Part shown: positions 1 to 10,168 of the stretch, one piece after another
How positions within the stretch are numbered: the stretch's first letter is position 1
How the letters are laid out: each line of letters opens with the position of its first letter
Origin: a virus
Length of the DNA: 64,000 nucleotides
IMG/VR virus record: IMGVR_UViG_3300037427_000542
Location: 1 to 64,000 of that record
Direction: 5' to 3' (one strand)
Position numbers and translations under genes: made by a program
The notes under the pieces: model-generated
Told to the model about the DNA's origin: nothing
Database searches by the model: none
The model's input: the letters and a program-made list of their open reading frames with translations, nothing else

Positions 1-2
1 CA

Positions 3-1187
3 GCTACAACAGCATCCGCCATTCGTGGTAAATCAGTTAACTGGTTGTACATTGATGAGGCAGCAATCATACCTAACAACATAGCAGACGAGTTTTTTAC
101 TTCTGTTTATCCTACAATCTCAGCTGGAGAAACAACAAAGATCCTACTTACATCCACACCACTAGGTTACAATCACTTCTGGAAGTTCTGGAATGAGGCA
201 GAGAAGAAACAAAATGGCTTTGAACACATGTTCATACCTTACTATGAGATACCTGGAAGAGATGAGAAGTGGTTAGAAGAACAAAAAGGACTCTTAGGTG
301 AGGTAAAATTCAATCAAGAGGTAATGTGTGAGTTCTTAGGTTCAACCAATACTTTAATTAATGCTACAACTATAGGTAGATTAAGTAGTAAACCAGTAGA
401 GTTTACCAATAATGGATTAGATATATACGAAAACCCACAAGAAGGACATTACTACGCAATGGCATGTGATACTGCCAGAGGTATTGGTGGAGATTACTCT
501 GCCTTTGTAGTCGTAGATATAACACAAATGCCATATAAGGTTGTGGCAAAATATAGAGATAATCAAATAGCTCCTATGTTGTTTCCAGATGTAATTGGAA
601 AGGTAGGCAGGGACTATAATAATGCTTTTATATTAGTAGAAGTAAACGATATAGGACAACAGGTAGTAGAAATACTACATCAAGAAGTAGAATATGAGAA
701 CATATTAAGCACAGTACAAGAACAGAACAGACAATATGTAAGTCCTGGCTTTGGTAAAGCAACAAAGTTAGGTGTAACTACTTCTAAACAAGTTAAAAGA
801 CAAGGGTGTTTTACATTTAAGTCTTTACTAGAAGAACAAAAATTATTGATATTTGATGAGCATATAATACATGAGATATCAACATTTATTGAAAAAGGAA
901 ACACATATCAAGCAGATGAAGGTTATCACGATGATCTAGTTATGTGTATGGTATTATTTGGGTGGCTGTCTAGTCAAAACTTCTTTAAGGATATGACAGA
1001 TGTTAATGTTAGAGAAGGACTATATGGACAACAGATGGGAGAAATTGAAACGAATCTCACACCTTTCATTAGAATAGATGGACAAGAACCCGAAGTAGAA
1101 GTTATAGGAGATGATGTCTGGTTATTAGAAGATGAGTATAATCCAGGCAACATGCAGAAAAAATTAAGAGATTTAATAAACAGATAA
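3..1187 (+). CDS. gp17: Terminase large subunit, C-terminal part (5'-truncated by window)
   Basis: Frame open from base 3 (ATTASAIRGKSVNWLYIDEAA): Walker B YIDEAA, coupling motif LTSTPLG, nuclease motifs CDTARGIGGDYSA and GYHDDLVM; precedes tail sheath as in T4. Confidence 0.96.
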   Translation, partial: ATTASAIRGKSVNWLYIDEAAIIPNNIADEFFTSVYPTISAGETTKILLTSTPLGYNHFWKFWNEAEKKQNGFEHMFIPYYEIPGRDEKWLEEQKGLLGEVKFNQEVMCEFLGSTNTLINATTIGRLSSKPVEFTNNGLDIYENPQEGHYYAMACDTARGIGGDYSAFVVVDITQMPYKVVAKYRDNQIAPMLFPDVIGKVGRDYNNAFILVEVNDIGQQVVEILHQEVEYENILSTVQEQNRQYVSPGFGKATKLGVTTSKQVKRQGCFTFKSLLEEQKLLIFDEHIIHEISTFIEKGNTYQADEGYHDDLVMCMVLFGWLSSQNFFKDMTDVNVREGLYGQQMGEIETNLTPFIRIDGQEPEVEVIGDDVWLLEDEYNPGNMQKKLRDLINR

Positions 1188-1243
1188 TGTATTTACAACA
1201 ATATTGTCGTATTTACAAAATTGTAAGTCTAACTTTTGTCATG

Positions 1244-1251
1244 TATAAATA
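1244..1251 (+). promoter_or_regulatory. T4-type late promoter TATAAATA (gp18)
   Basis: Exact gp55 consensus upstream of tail sheath; SD GAGGAG downstream. Confidence 0.85.
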
Positions 1252-1311
1252 GTAGGATGATAATAAAAACTTGTGTCATTCATAAGATAATATAAAACCG
1301 AGGAGAAAAAC

Positions 1312-3225
1312 ATGGCATTTCAGCTATCACCAGGTGTTCTTGTTAGAGAAACAGATCTTACTTCTGTTATTCCAGCAGTAGCTACTTCTATAGGAGCTTT
1401 TGTAGGTAATTTCAGATGGGGACCTGCAGGCGAGATCACAACAATTAGTACAGAAAACGAACTTGGTGCCAAGTTCGGACAGCCAAATGACGATACAGCA
1501 GTTGACTTTTTGACAGCAGCGTCATTCTTGGCTTATGGTAATAACCTTCAATTAGTCAGAGCTATTGACGATACCACAGCAACTAATGCTGTAGCATCAG
1601 GCTCAGCGACACTAATTAAAAACGATGAAGATTATGACTTGAACCATTCTACTGGTTCAGGAACTAACGGCATGTGGGCAGCTAAGTATCCAGGCTCTTT
1701 AGGAAACTCTCTTAAAGTAGCTATTGCAGATTCCAGTAATTTTGACACCAACTCTGTTGCGTCAACTACTGTTACAGCAGGTGGATCTAGCTATAGTAGT
1801 GCACCAACTGTTACATTTTCAGCTCCGGCTTCAGGTGTTACCGCTACAGGTACAGCTACCGTGGCGTCAAATGCAGTTACAGCAATTACTATTACTAACC
1901 CAGGTAATGGTTATACCAGCGCACCAACAATTACAATTAGTGGCGGAGGCGGAACTGGAGCAACAGCTACAGCAACACTTGCAACTGATTGGACATATAA
2001 AAATGAATTTGATAGAGCACCACTTACATCTACAAAAGTAGCAATACAAGGCGGTTCAAACGACGAACTTCACATTGTTGTTATTGACGAAGATGGAGCT
2101 TTTTCAGGCGTAATAGGAACAGTCCTAGAACGATTCGCTCATGTCTCTAAAGCATCCGATGCTAGAGGACTAGAAGGCGGTTCATTATTTTATAAAGATG
2201 TAATTAATTCGCAGTCTAAGTATGTTTACTGGACAGACCATCCTGCAGGAGACTCCACATGGGGTAACGCAGCATTAGGTCAAGCATTTACATCAGGATT
2301 TACAACAGCAGAAGCAACAGTAAGCCTTTCAGGCGGTGTTGATGATGCACCTGACTCAGGTGACTTACAAACAGCTTGGAGCTTGTTTGCAGATGCAGAA
2401 CAAACAGATGTAAACCTTCTTATAACTGGAGCAATGGGTACTACAGACCAAAAGTATGTACAAGATAACATTGCTAAAGTAAGAAAAGATTGTGTTTCAT
2501 TCCATTCACCAGTACTAGCTTCCGTTGTTAACAACGCAGGCTCAGAGGTATCAGCCATTACTACAGACAGAGGTAGTTTAGCTGCCACTTCATATAGTTT
2601 TATGGACGGTAACTGGAAATACATGTATGATCGTTATAACGATGTATACAGATGGATTCCATTAAATGGAGACACAGCAGGTTTATGTGCAAACACAGAC
2701 GCAGAAGCAGATCCGTGGTTCTCACCAGCAGGATTTAACAGAGGACAAATTAGAAACGCTGTTAAACTGGCATGGAGCCCTACTAAAACAAACAGAGACG
2801 AACTATATAAAATTGGTGTAAACCCAATTATTAATAACCCAGGAAATGGGATTGTATTGTTTGGAGACAAAACTCTATTAGCAGCACCTAGTGCTTTTGA
2901 TAGAATTAATGTTCGAAGATTGTTTATTGTATTAGAGAAAGCAATTTCTACTTCAGCTAAATTCCAATTATTTGAATTTAACGACGCTTTTACTAGAAAT
3001 CAATTCACATCACTTGTTACACCTTTCTTAAGAAATGTACAAGGCAGACGTGGTATATTTGACTTTAAAGTAGTATGTAACGAAAGTAATAACACAGGCG
3101 AAATAATCGACACCAACCAGTTTGTTGCAGATATTTTCATTAAGCCTGCTCGTTCTATTAACTTTATTACATTAAACTTTATTGCTACTAGAACTGATGT
3201 TAGCTTTGAAGAAATTGGCGGTTAA
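1312..3225 (+). CDS. gp18: Tail sheath protein
   Basis: MAFQLSPGVLVRETD start, FRWGP, PWFSPAGFNRG, FDRINVRRLF, IKPARSINFITLNF. Confidence 0.97.
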   Translation: MAFQLSPGVLVRETDLTSVIPAVATSIGAFVGNFRWGPAGEITTISTENELGAKFGQPNDDTAVDFLTAASFLAYGNNLQLVRAIDDTTATNAVASGSATLIKNDEDYDLNHSTGSGTNGMWAAKYPGSLGNSLKVAIADSSNFDTNSVASTTVTAGGSSYSSAPTVTFSAPASGVTATGTATVASNAVTAITITNPGNGYTSAPTITISGGGGTGATATATLATDWTYKNEFDRAPLTSTKVAIQGGSNDELHIVVIDEDGAFSGVIGTVLERFAHVSKASDARGLEGGSLFYKDVINSQSKYVYWTDHPAGDSTWGNAALGQAFTSGFTTAEATVSLSGGVDDAPDSGDLQTAWSLFADAEQTDVNLLITGAMGTTDQKYVQDNIAKVRKDCVSFHSPVLASVVNNAGSEVSAITTDRGSLAATSYSFMDGNWKYMYDRYNDVYRWIPLNGDTAGLCANTDAEADPWFSPAGFNRGQIRNAVKLAWSPTKTNRDELYKIGVNPIINNPGNGIVLFGDKTLLAAPSAFDRINVRRLFIVLEKAISTSAKFQLFEFNDAFTRNQFTSLVTPFLRNVQGRRGIFDFKVVCNESNNTGEIIDTNQFVADIFIKPARSINFITLNFIATRTDVSFEEIGG

Positions 3226-3228
3226 CTG

Positions 3229-3236
3229 TATAAATA
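3229..3236 (+). promoter_or_regulatory. Late promoter TATAAATA (gp19)
   Basis: Exact consensus between gp18 and gp19. Confidence 0.85.
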
Positions 3237-3261
3237 ACTATTAAGGACTAAGGAGAAAAAC

Positions 3262-3780
3262 ATGCCTAATATAACACAATTTAAATCAGCATTAGCTGAA
3301 GGCGGTGCAAGGCCTAATCAGTTTCGATTGAGCATTCCATTCCCAAGCGATGTAAAAGACGCAAATCAAACAGACCTGTTATTAGTTAGCGGAGCAGCGT
3401 TACCAGCATCAACTGTCAACCCAGTTATTACACAATACAGAGGTAGGGAAGTTAAATTTGCAGGTGAAAGAATTTTTGATCCGTGGACAATCACAGTAAT
3501 CAATAATAACGACTTCACATTAAGACGAAAGTTTGAAGAATGGATGGACATTATTAATGGTAGAGATGACAACGAAGGTGAAATTGAATGGGATAAATAC
3601 CAGACAGATATTACTGTAGAACATCTAGACAGAAATGATGCACCCTTAACAGGCGGTAAATATGTATTGGTTCAGGCTTTCCCAATTAACATGTCAGAAA
3701 TTGCATTACAATATGCACAGAACGACATTATTGAGGAATTTACTGTAACATTCCAATATCAAACATATACAGCCCAATAA
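3262..3780 (+). CDS. gp19: Tail tube protein
   Basis: GGARPNQF, YRGREVKFAGER..FDPWTITV, IEEFTVTFQY; synteny. Confidence 0.95.
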   Translation: MPNITQFKSALAEGGARPNQFRLSIPFPSDVKDANQTDLLLVSGAALPASTVNPVITQYRGREVKFAGERIFDPWTITVINNNDFTLRRKFEEWMDIINGRDDNEGEIEWDKYQTDITVEHLDRNDAPLTGGKYVLVQAFPINMSEIALQYAQNDIIEEFTVTFQYQTYTAQ

Positions 3781-3802
3781 TTGGGACTGAGGATATATAA
3801 TT

Positions 3803-5398
3803 ATGGACTTATTTGGATTTGAGATCAAGCGGAAGGATAACGCAGCGAACGAGAAATCGTTTGTTGCTCCTTCACAAGATGATGCTATTGAAAGCATACG
3901 AGCTGGTGGGTATTATGGCACCTACATGGATTTGGAAGGTGTTGCCCACACAGAGTCGGAGCTTATTAAAAGGTATCGAGACATCGCCGGGATGGCAGAT
4001 GTCGATACAGCAGTAGAAGATATTATTAATGAATCAATAGCGCAACTTGAGAATGAATCACCCGTTGAGCTCAACTTAGATGATGTAGATTTATCATCTG
4101 CAGTCAGAAAATCAATCCAAAAAGAATTTGAAGAGATTAAAAATCTCATGGACTTTAAAAATAGAGCCCAAGATTATTATAGACGATGGTATATAGATGG
4201 AAAAATATTTTTTCATAAAGTCATCGATATGGAAAACCCTAAAGAAGGGATCAAAGATATTAGATATATTGATCCAAGAAAAATTAGGAAAGTGCGTGAA
4301 GTTAAGAAGGAAAAAAATCCTTCTGGCGTAATGTTTGTTAAAGCAGTGGAAGAGTTCTTTATCTATAATGATAAAGGAGTTACTTCCAAACCAGGAGCTT
4401 ATGTAGCACCTGAAAATCAGCAAGGGCTGAAGATAACAAAAGACGCCATAGCATACGCACCAAGTGGTTTGGTAGATCACGATAAGAATATTGCATTATC
4501 GTATCTACATAAGGCAATTAGGCCAGCAAACCAACTTCGTATGATGGAGAACGCAGTAGTAATTTATAGAATTACAAGAGCTCCAGAACGAAGAATATTT
4601 TATGTAGATGTTGGTAACTTGCCGAAGATGAAGGCAGAACAATATCTAAAAGACATCATGGATAGATATCGTAACAAATTAGTTTACGATGCTAACACAG
4701 GTGAAATTAGAGATGATAAGAAGTTCATGTCTATGTTGGAAGACTTTTGGTTACCCAGAAGAGAAGGCGGAACAGGTACAAGTATTGATACATTGCCAGC
4801 AGGTCAAAACCTAGGGCAGATAGAAGATGTAGAATACTTTCAAAGGAAGTTATATCAGTCCTTGAATATACCTGTATCGAGATTAGAACAACAGGCTGGA
4901 CTAAATTTTGGTAGAGCAGCTGAGATAAATCGAGACGAGATGAAGTTTACAAAATTCATCATCAAGTTAAGAAGAAAGTTCTCGGTAATGTTAAGCGATC
5001 TTTTAAAGACGCAGCTCTTACTAAAAGGTGTTATGACGGAAGACGATTGGCATAGTATCAAAGACGATATAGAATTTGAGTTTGCCACAGATGCTTATTA
5101 CACAGAGTCTAAGGAACAAGAAATTCTTAGAAGTAGAGTAGAAGTATTAAACGGTCTAGCAGCATACATAGGAACATTTTTTAGTAAGCGTTACATACAA
5201 AAGAATGTATTAATGTTAACGGATGAGGAGATTGATACAATAGAAACAGAGATTATGGCAGAGCCACAATACAGTAGACAGTATCAATGGAGTCCATTAC
5301 AAGCAAGTAACCCGGATCAACCGGAACCTGCAGGTAATATAAGTAATGATGTACCAGGAGAAGGAAACCCTGTTCCTGGACCTGATAATGGAGCATAA
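3803..5398 (+). CDS. gp20: Portal vertex protein
   Basis: LFGFEI start, YRITRAPERRIFYVDVGNLPK, MLEDFWLPRREGG. Confidence 0.97.
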   Translation: MDLFGFEIKRKDNAANEKSFVAPSQDDAIESIRAGGYYGTYMDLEGVAHTESELIKRYRDIAGMADVDTAVEDIINESIAQLENESPVELNLDDVDLSSAVRKSIQKEFEEIKNLMDFKNRAQDYYRRWYIDGKIFFHKVIDMENPKEGIKDIRYIDPRKIRKVREVKKEKNPSGVMFVKAVEEFFIYNDKGVTSKPGAYVAPENQQGLKITKDAIAYAPSGLVDHDKNIALSYLHKAIRPANQLRMMENAVVIYRITRAPERRIFYVDVGNLPKMKAEQYLKDIMDRYRNKLVYDANTGEIRDDKKFMSMLEDFWLPRREGGTGTSIDTLPAGQNLGQIEDVEYFQRKLYQSLNIPVSRLEQQAGLNFGRAAEINRDEMKFTKFIIKLRRKFSVMLSDLLKTQLLLKGVMTEDDWHSIKDDIEFEFATDAYYTESKEQEILRSRVEVLNGLAAYIGTFFSKRYIQKNVLMLTDEEIDTIETEIMAEPQYSRQYQWSPLQASNPDQPEPAGNISNDVPGEGNPVPGPDNGA

Positions 5399-5399
5399 T

Positions 5400-5681
5400 A
5401 TGGCAGAAGATAGAACACAAGAAGTTAAAGATTTGGTAGGCAATATCATAGCTGGTAACAGCGGTGAGGCTCAACAACAATTTAACGATCAGATGGCATC
5501 TCGAGCACAAGAGGCGTTAGACGATCAAAAGGCAGGAGTAGCAGCAGACATATATAATAAACATACTGTTGACCCTGACATGGAACCACAGGGAGTATCA
5601 TTAGATGATGCACTTGTGGATATAGATCAAGATACAGGGCGACCTGTAGAGACAGGAGAAACAAATGGCGAAGACATTTAA
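5400..5681 (+). CDS. Small acidic prohead core-like protein (gp67-like position)
   Basis: ATG at 5400 after GGAG; acidic; lies between portal and protease. Confidence 0.55.
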   Translation: MAEDRTQEVKDLVGNIIAGNSGEAQQQFNDQMASRAQEALDDQKAGVAADIYNKHTVDPDMEPQGVSLDDALVDIDQDTGRPVETGETNGEDI

Positions 5682-5958
5682 AAATTTTAGAGCAGGAGTT
5701 ATTACCGAAAGTCCTGTTGATGGTGTAGCTAAAGGCTCACTAGACGGAGATAAACATTTATGTGCATCGAAAATTATGCACAAAGAATGGAACGAAGGTA
5801 CACCTATTATAGGTGAACACGCAGAACCAGTAGACGGAACAGTCTCTTGGTATAAAGTAATGTTTGAACACGGTATAGAAACAGTTGAAGTGAATGATCC
5901 TAATGTCGAGATCCTTGAAGAAGGACCTCATATGAACCATAAGAAAAAATCATATTAA
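5665..5958 (+). CDS. Hypothetical head-associated protein with capsid-targeting-like N-terminus
   Basis: MAKTFKNFRAGVITE start; SD AGGAG; head gene cluster. Confidence 0.6.
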   Translation: MAKTFKNFRAGVITESPVDGVAKGSLDGDKHLCASKIMHKEWNEGTPIIGEHAEPVDGTVSWYKVMFEHGIETVEVNDPNVEILEEGPHMNHKKKSY

Positions 5959-5978
5959 ACTAATTAAAAGGAAATCAC

Positions 5979-6404
5979 ATGGCAGTCACAGTAAATAACT
6001 TAAAACTCACCCAAGTCCAGGGTGTAGTATCTGTTAGGGGGACTGCAGCAACCGGAACAATTGCTTTAGCAACAACACTAAAGAAATCTACTGAGACGCA
6101 AAGCTCCCCAGCAGTCAATATAAAAGGACTACATTGGACTTTATCTAGCGGAGCTAGCGCTAAGGTTCAACGAAACTCCGTTGTACTATTTGAACTACAA
6201 GAAAGTGGTTCATTAGATATGTACGGGTATGCAGAGAACTCAGAAAACACATCTGATATAGAAGTAGCTATTGCCGGTGGCGATGGCGGTACTGTTATAG
6301 TAGATTGTGCTAAAGTTTCTGGTTACGGTTCACAACAACATCAAGACGCACCACTAGACACTAATGATTCAGGAAGTGTTTATGACGGTGGATCTTTAGG
6401 TTAA
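5979..6404 (+). CDS. Hypothetical virion/head protein
   Basis: 141-aa ORF with SD, just upstream of gp21. Confidence 0.6.
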   Translation: MAVTVNNLKLTQVQGVVSVRGTAATGTIALATTLKKSTETQSSPAVNIKGLHWTLSSGASAKVQRNSVVLFELQESGSLDMYGYAENSENTSDIEVAIAGGDGGTVIVDCAKVSGYGSQQHQDAPLDTNDSGSVYDGGSLG

Positions 6405-6414
6405 GGAGAAATAA

Positions 6415-7074
6415 ATGAGACTTATTAAAGAATTCAACGAAAGTATTAACTATCTCACAGAAGATAGTAAAGATCCTAAGAAGCCTAATGTATTCATTGA
6501 AGGTGTATTCTTACAATCAGATTTAAAGAACAAAAACGGTCGTGTATATCCTAAAGAGATTATGCAACGAGAAGTTAACAGATATGTTAACGAATCTGTC
6601 AACACTAAAAGAGCTTACGGAGAGTTAGGACACCCAGAAGGACCTACTGTAAACTTGGACAGAGTATCTCATATGATAGTTTCACTAAAGGAAGACGGCA
6701 GCAATTGGATTGGTAAAGCCAAAATTATGGACACACCAATGGGTAAAATTGTAAAAGAACTTATTAGCGAAGGCGCTCAACTTGGAGTAAGCTCCAGAGG
6801 ATTGGGCTCTTTAAAAGAGAGGAATGGCATTAATGAAGTACAAGATGACTTTATGCTTGCCACAGCAGCGGATATTGTTGCAGATCCTAGCGCTCCAGAC
6901 GCTTTTGTATCCGGTATTATGGAAGGAAGGGAATGGGTTTTTGTTAATGGTAAATGGACAGAACAAGACATAGAAGAAAGCAAGGCAATAATTAACAAGG
7001 CTTCTCAGAGAGATTTAGAAGAAGCTAAATTTGCAGTTTTTAGCAATTTTCTAGATAAACTGTCTAAAATATAA
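6415..7074 (+). CDS. gp21: Prohead core scaffold protease
   Basis: IEGVFLQ, NKNGRVYP, GELGHP, GVSSRGLGS, DIVADPSAPDAFV. Confidence 0.96.
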   Translation: MRLIKEFNESINYLTEDSKDPKKPNVFIEGVFLQSDLKNKNGRVYPKEIMQREVNRYVNESVNTKRAYGELGHPEGPTVNLDRVSHMIVSLKEDGSNWIGKAKIMDTPMGKIVKELISEGAQLGVSSRGLGSLKERNGINEVQDDFMLATAADIVADPSAPDAFVSGIMEGREWVFVNGKWTEQDIEESKAIINKASQRDLEEAKFAVFSNFLDKLSKI

Positions 7075-7084
7075 TAGAAATCTG

Positions 7085-7098
7085 TATAAATATAAATA
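7085..7098 (+). promoter_or_regulatory. Two overlapping late promoters TATAAATATAAATA (gp22)
   Basis: TATAAATA at 7085 and 7091. Confidence 0.8.
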
Positions 7099-7145
7099 GT
7101 TTATTAGATTATATTAAAATTAAATAATCCTAAGAGGAGAGTAAC

Positions 7146-8420
7146 ATGGGAGTAGAATCCAAAATCAGAGAACTTCTAGAAGGCAAGTTGCAAGACGATG
7201 CTGTAGAAGTACTTGACGAACTAGCGGCAAATCGTCCATTAGATAAGTCAAGCAATGGAGATGCTAAACCACCCCTACAAGGTAACTCTAATCCAAACCC
7301 AGAACAGCAAGACCTTAGTGGTTCAAGCAACCCTGAAGGCGGATTAACAAGCCCAGTAGGAAAGGAAGCGTCAGCTAAGGCTGGCAGTGCCCCTAGACCT
7401 TCAAACTCAGGCGCTGGTAAAGCACCTAACTACAACGATGGAGAGGCAACTCAAAGCGTTGTAGCACAATCTAGCTCTAAAGGTAATGTACATCAAGAAG
7501 AAGTCGAAGAGACTGAAGATGAAGTACTAGAAGAAACACCTGAAGTAGCAGACGAAGAGATTGTTGCAGAGGAAGAAGTAGTCGAAGGCGAAGAAGTAGA
7601 ATATGTTGAAGAAGGCGAAGAAGAAGTTATTGCTGAATCTGAAGAAGACGAAGTAGAAGCATCTGAAGAAGAATCAACAGAGGAAACTTTATTCGAAGAG
7701 GACATTGCTAACTTGTTCGCGGACGAGGAGCATCTTTCAGAAGAATTTAAAACACAAGCAGCTTCATTATTTGAGGCATCGGTTGTGGCCAGAGTCAATC
7801 AACAAATGGAATCCATTGAGGATGAGCTTGTTGAGGAAGCCAATAAGGCTTTTGATGAGGCAAAAGAGAAGCTCGTAGAAAATGTAGACAAATACCTCAG
7901 TTATGTAACTGAGCAATGGCTTAAAGAAAACGAGCTAGCTGTTGAGAACGGCTTACGCAACGAAATTACTGAATCATTCCTTAACGGTATGAGAGAAGTA
8001 TTCAAAGAACATTATATTGATGTTCCTGAAGAAAAATTCGATGTGTTGGCAGAACAACAGTCTGAAATTGATGAGTTAAAATCTAAGTTAAACGAAGAGA
8101 TTAACAAGTCAGTTGCAATCAGCGAAGACAGAGAACAACTACAAAAGGAAAAAGTTTTCCGTTCCGTGGTTGACGATCTAGCTGAAACTGAAGTGGAGAA
8201 ATTCGCAGGTTTAGTCGAAGGAATTAATTTCGACGGCGAAGACAAGTATATTTCAAAACTAAATGTTATCAAGGAAAATTATTTTCCTAAAGCGAAAGCT
8301 GATGATAGTGATAAGCTAGAAGATAGCGTTGATCAGGGAACTTTAACAGACAACACCGTGATGAGTAGATATGTACAAGGTATCTCTCAAGCAGCGAAGT
8401 TTGATAAGGTTAAAAATTAA
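7146..8420 (+). CDS. gp22: Prohead core scaffold protein
   Basis: Very acidic; LSEEFK..A..LFEA, VDKYLSYVTEQWLKENELAVENG, F.EHYIDVPEEK. Confidence 0.92.
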   Translation: MGVESKIRELLEGKLQDDAVEVLDELAANRPLDKSSNGDAKPPLQGNSNPNPEQQDLSGSSNPEGGLTSPVGKEASAKAGSAPRPSNSGAGKAPNYNDGEATQSVVAQSSSKGNVHQEEVEETEDEVLEETPEVADEEIVAEEEVVEGEEVEYVEEGEEEVIAESEEDEVEASEEESTEETLFEEDIANLFADEEHLSEEFKTQAASLFEASVVARVNQQMESIEDELVEEANKAFDEAKEKLVENVDKYLSYVTEQWLKENELAVENGLRNEITESFLNGMREVFKEHYIDVPEEKFDVLAEQQSEIDELKSKLNEEINKSVAISEDREQLQKEKVFRSVVDDLAETEVEKFAGLVEGINFDGEDKYISKLNVIKENYFPKAKADDSDKLEDSVDQGTLTDNTVMSRYVQGISQAAKFDKVKN

Positions 8421-8426
8421 CATTTT

Positions 8427-8434
8427 TATAAATA
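8427..8434 (+). promoter_or_regulatory. Late promoter TATAAATA (gp23)
   Basis: Exact consensus upstream of major capsid gene. Confidence 0.85.
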
Positions 8435-8479
8435 ATTAGGTTATAGAAATAACAAACAAAGTAAAACAAGGAGAAACTG

Positions 8480-9745
8480 ATGTATCTTTCAGAAGAACTA
8501 CAAAATAAGTGGAGCCCAGTTCTTGAACATCCTGAACTCAATGAGATCAAGGACCCGTACAAGAAGGCGGTAACCACAGTAGTACTCGAAAACCAAGAGA
8601 AGGCTCTTCGTGAAGAAAAAGAAGCTCTTTTCGAGGCTACACATGCTAACCAAACAGGTGCAAGCGTTGACAACTACGATCCTATATTGATCTCACTAGT
8701 TAGACGTGCTTTACCTAACCTTATGGCTTACGATGTTTGTGGAGTACAACCAATGTCTGGACCAACTGGTCTAATCTTTGCAATGAAATCTCATTTCACC
8801 AGTCAAACTGGCGCTGAGGCTTTATTCAACGAAGCAGACACTGATTTCTCAGGTGCAGGTACACATGCTGGAGCTAATCCAGTAGACGGTACTTACACTA
8901 CAGGAAACGGGGTATCTACAAGCACTGCAGAAGGTTTTGGAGACTCAACTACACTAAATGAAATGGCTTTCTCAATCGAGAAAACAACTGTTACTGCTAA
9001 GTCCAGAGCGTTAAAAGCTCAGTACACAGTAGAACTAGCACAAGACTTGAAAGCTGTTCATGGTTTAGATGCGGAATCCGAACTTTCCAATATTCTTTCT
9101 CAAGAAATTCTTGCAGAAATTAATCGTGAAGTTATTAGAACTATCTACAAAGTAGCAAAAACTGGTTCTGCCAGCACAGCTACTGCCGGAACATTTGACT
9201 TAGATGTCGACAGTAACGGAAGATGGTCCGTAGAAAGATTTAAAGGTCTTTTATTTAATATCGAGCGTGATGCTAATGTCATCGCACAAGACACAAGGCG
9301 TGGTAAAGGTAACTTCATCATCTGTTCATCAGATGTTGCTAGTGCTCTTTCAATGTCAGGTGTACTTGACTATGCTCCAGCATTATCAACTAATTTAAAT
9401 GTTGATGACACAGGTAATACATTTGCTGGCGTACTTAACGGTCGTTATAAAGTATACATTGACCCATATTCTGCAAATACAGGAGCTGCTAGCCAGTTCT
9501 ATGTATGTGGTTATAAAGGCACAAGCCCTTATGACGCAGGTCTATTCTACTGTCCGTATGTTCCACTACAAATGGTAAGGGCAATTGACCCTGCTACATT
9601 CCAGCCAAAAATTGGTTTCAAAACCAGGTATGGCATGATAGCTAACCCATTCGTAATGCAGTCAGACGGCACTACAGATGGAGACACATTTACAGCAGAC
9701 AGAAACCAATACTACAGAAGTGTAAAAGTTTCTAACTTAATGTAA
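8480..9745 (+). CDS. gp23: Major capsid protein
   Basis: KWSPVLEH, LISLVRRALPNL.AYDVCGVQPMSGPTGLIFAM, KSRALKA.Y..ELAQDLKAVHGLDAE, FQPKIGFKTRYG. Confidence 0.98.
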   Translation: MYLSEELQNKWSPVLEHPELNEIKDPYKKAVTTVVLENQEKALREEKEALFEATHANQTGASVDNYDPILISLVRRALPNLMAYDVCGVQPMSGPTGLIFAMKSHFTSQTGAEALFNEADTDFSGAGTHAGANPVDGTYTTGNGVSTSTAEGFGDSTTLNEMAFSIEKTTVTAKSRALKAQYTVELAQDLKAVHGLDAESELSNILSQEILAEINREVIRTIYKVAKTGSASTATAGTFDLDVDSNGRWSVERFKGLLFNIERDANVIAQDTRRGKGNFIICSSDVASALSMSGVLDYAPALSTNLNVDDTGNTFAGVLNGRYKVYIDPYSANTGAASQFYVCGYKGTSPYDAGLFYCPYVPLQMVRAIDPATFQPKIGFKTRYGMIANPFVMQSDGTTDGDTFTADRNQYYRSVKVSNLM

Positions 9746-9768
9746 TTAGGTCTTTTCGGAAACGAATT

Positions 9769-9798
9769 AAAACGGGCTACTTAGTAGCCCGTTTTTTT
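9769..9798. terminator. Bidirectional rho-independent terminator
   Basis: AAAACGGGCTAC-TTA-GTAGCCCGTTTTTTT perfect stem with A/T tails, between convergent genes. Confidence 0.92.
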
Positions 9799-9807
9799 GA
9801 CTTGAAT

Positions 9808-10038
9808 TTATTTTTGATTTACAAATTCGTTGAGTTTAACAGCTACTGCTATAACATCTTCAGCCGTCATTGGTTTTAGTATAGGAAACTCAGGATAAGG
9901 AATATCCTTTGCATCTTGTGCTCTACAAACATCTTGATGATATTTGTCTACAGCCATATTACGGTTTTGTTCTACTATACATTGTGCTTGACTAAGCAAT
10001 TCGGCTCGTATTTCAAAGCCTGATTTATTCTCTGACAT
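9808..10038 (-). CDS. Hypothetical protein (only convincing minus-strand gene)
   Basis: MSENKSGFEIRAELLSQAQ...KLNEFVNQK; SD CAGGAG 6 nt before ATG at 10038; converges on the terminator. Confidence 0.75.
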   Translation of the reverse strand: MSENKSGFEIRAELLSQAQCIVEQNRNMAVDKYHQDVCRAQDAKDIPYPEFPILKPMTAEDVIAVAVKLNEFVNQK

Positions 10039-10138
10039 AATTTTCTCCTGTGTGTGTGTCAAGTCCAAATTTATTTTGGACATACTATATATACAAAAGG
10101 TATTAGTCCTTCTTTACTTATGGTTAGACATAAAGTAT

Positions 10139-10146
10139 TATAAATA
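10139..10146 (+). promoter_or_regulatory. Late promoter TATAAATA (iscU operon)
   Basis: Exact consensus. Confidence 0.75.
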
Positions 10147-10168
10147 CTAATAAGACAAGGTAACTAAT

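Noticed and set aside
1257-1295. Possible 12-codon leaderless uORF after the gp18 late promoter (TATAAATA-GTAGG-ATG)
   Set aside because: Same N5 spacing as the leaderless genes, but too short to distinguish from chance
1750-1990. Thr/Gly/Ser-rich repeats (G..Y.SAPT.T) in the tail sheath
   Set aside because: A surface-domain insertion common in marine T4-like sheaths; not an intein or mobile element
7490-7700. GAA-rich low-complexity tract
   Set aside because: Encodes the Glu-rich region of scaffold gp22; not a DNA repeat array
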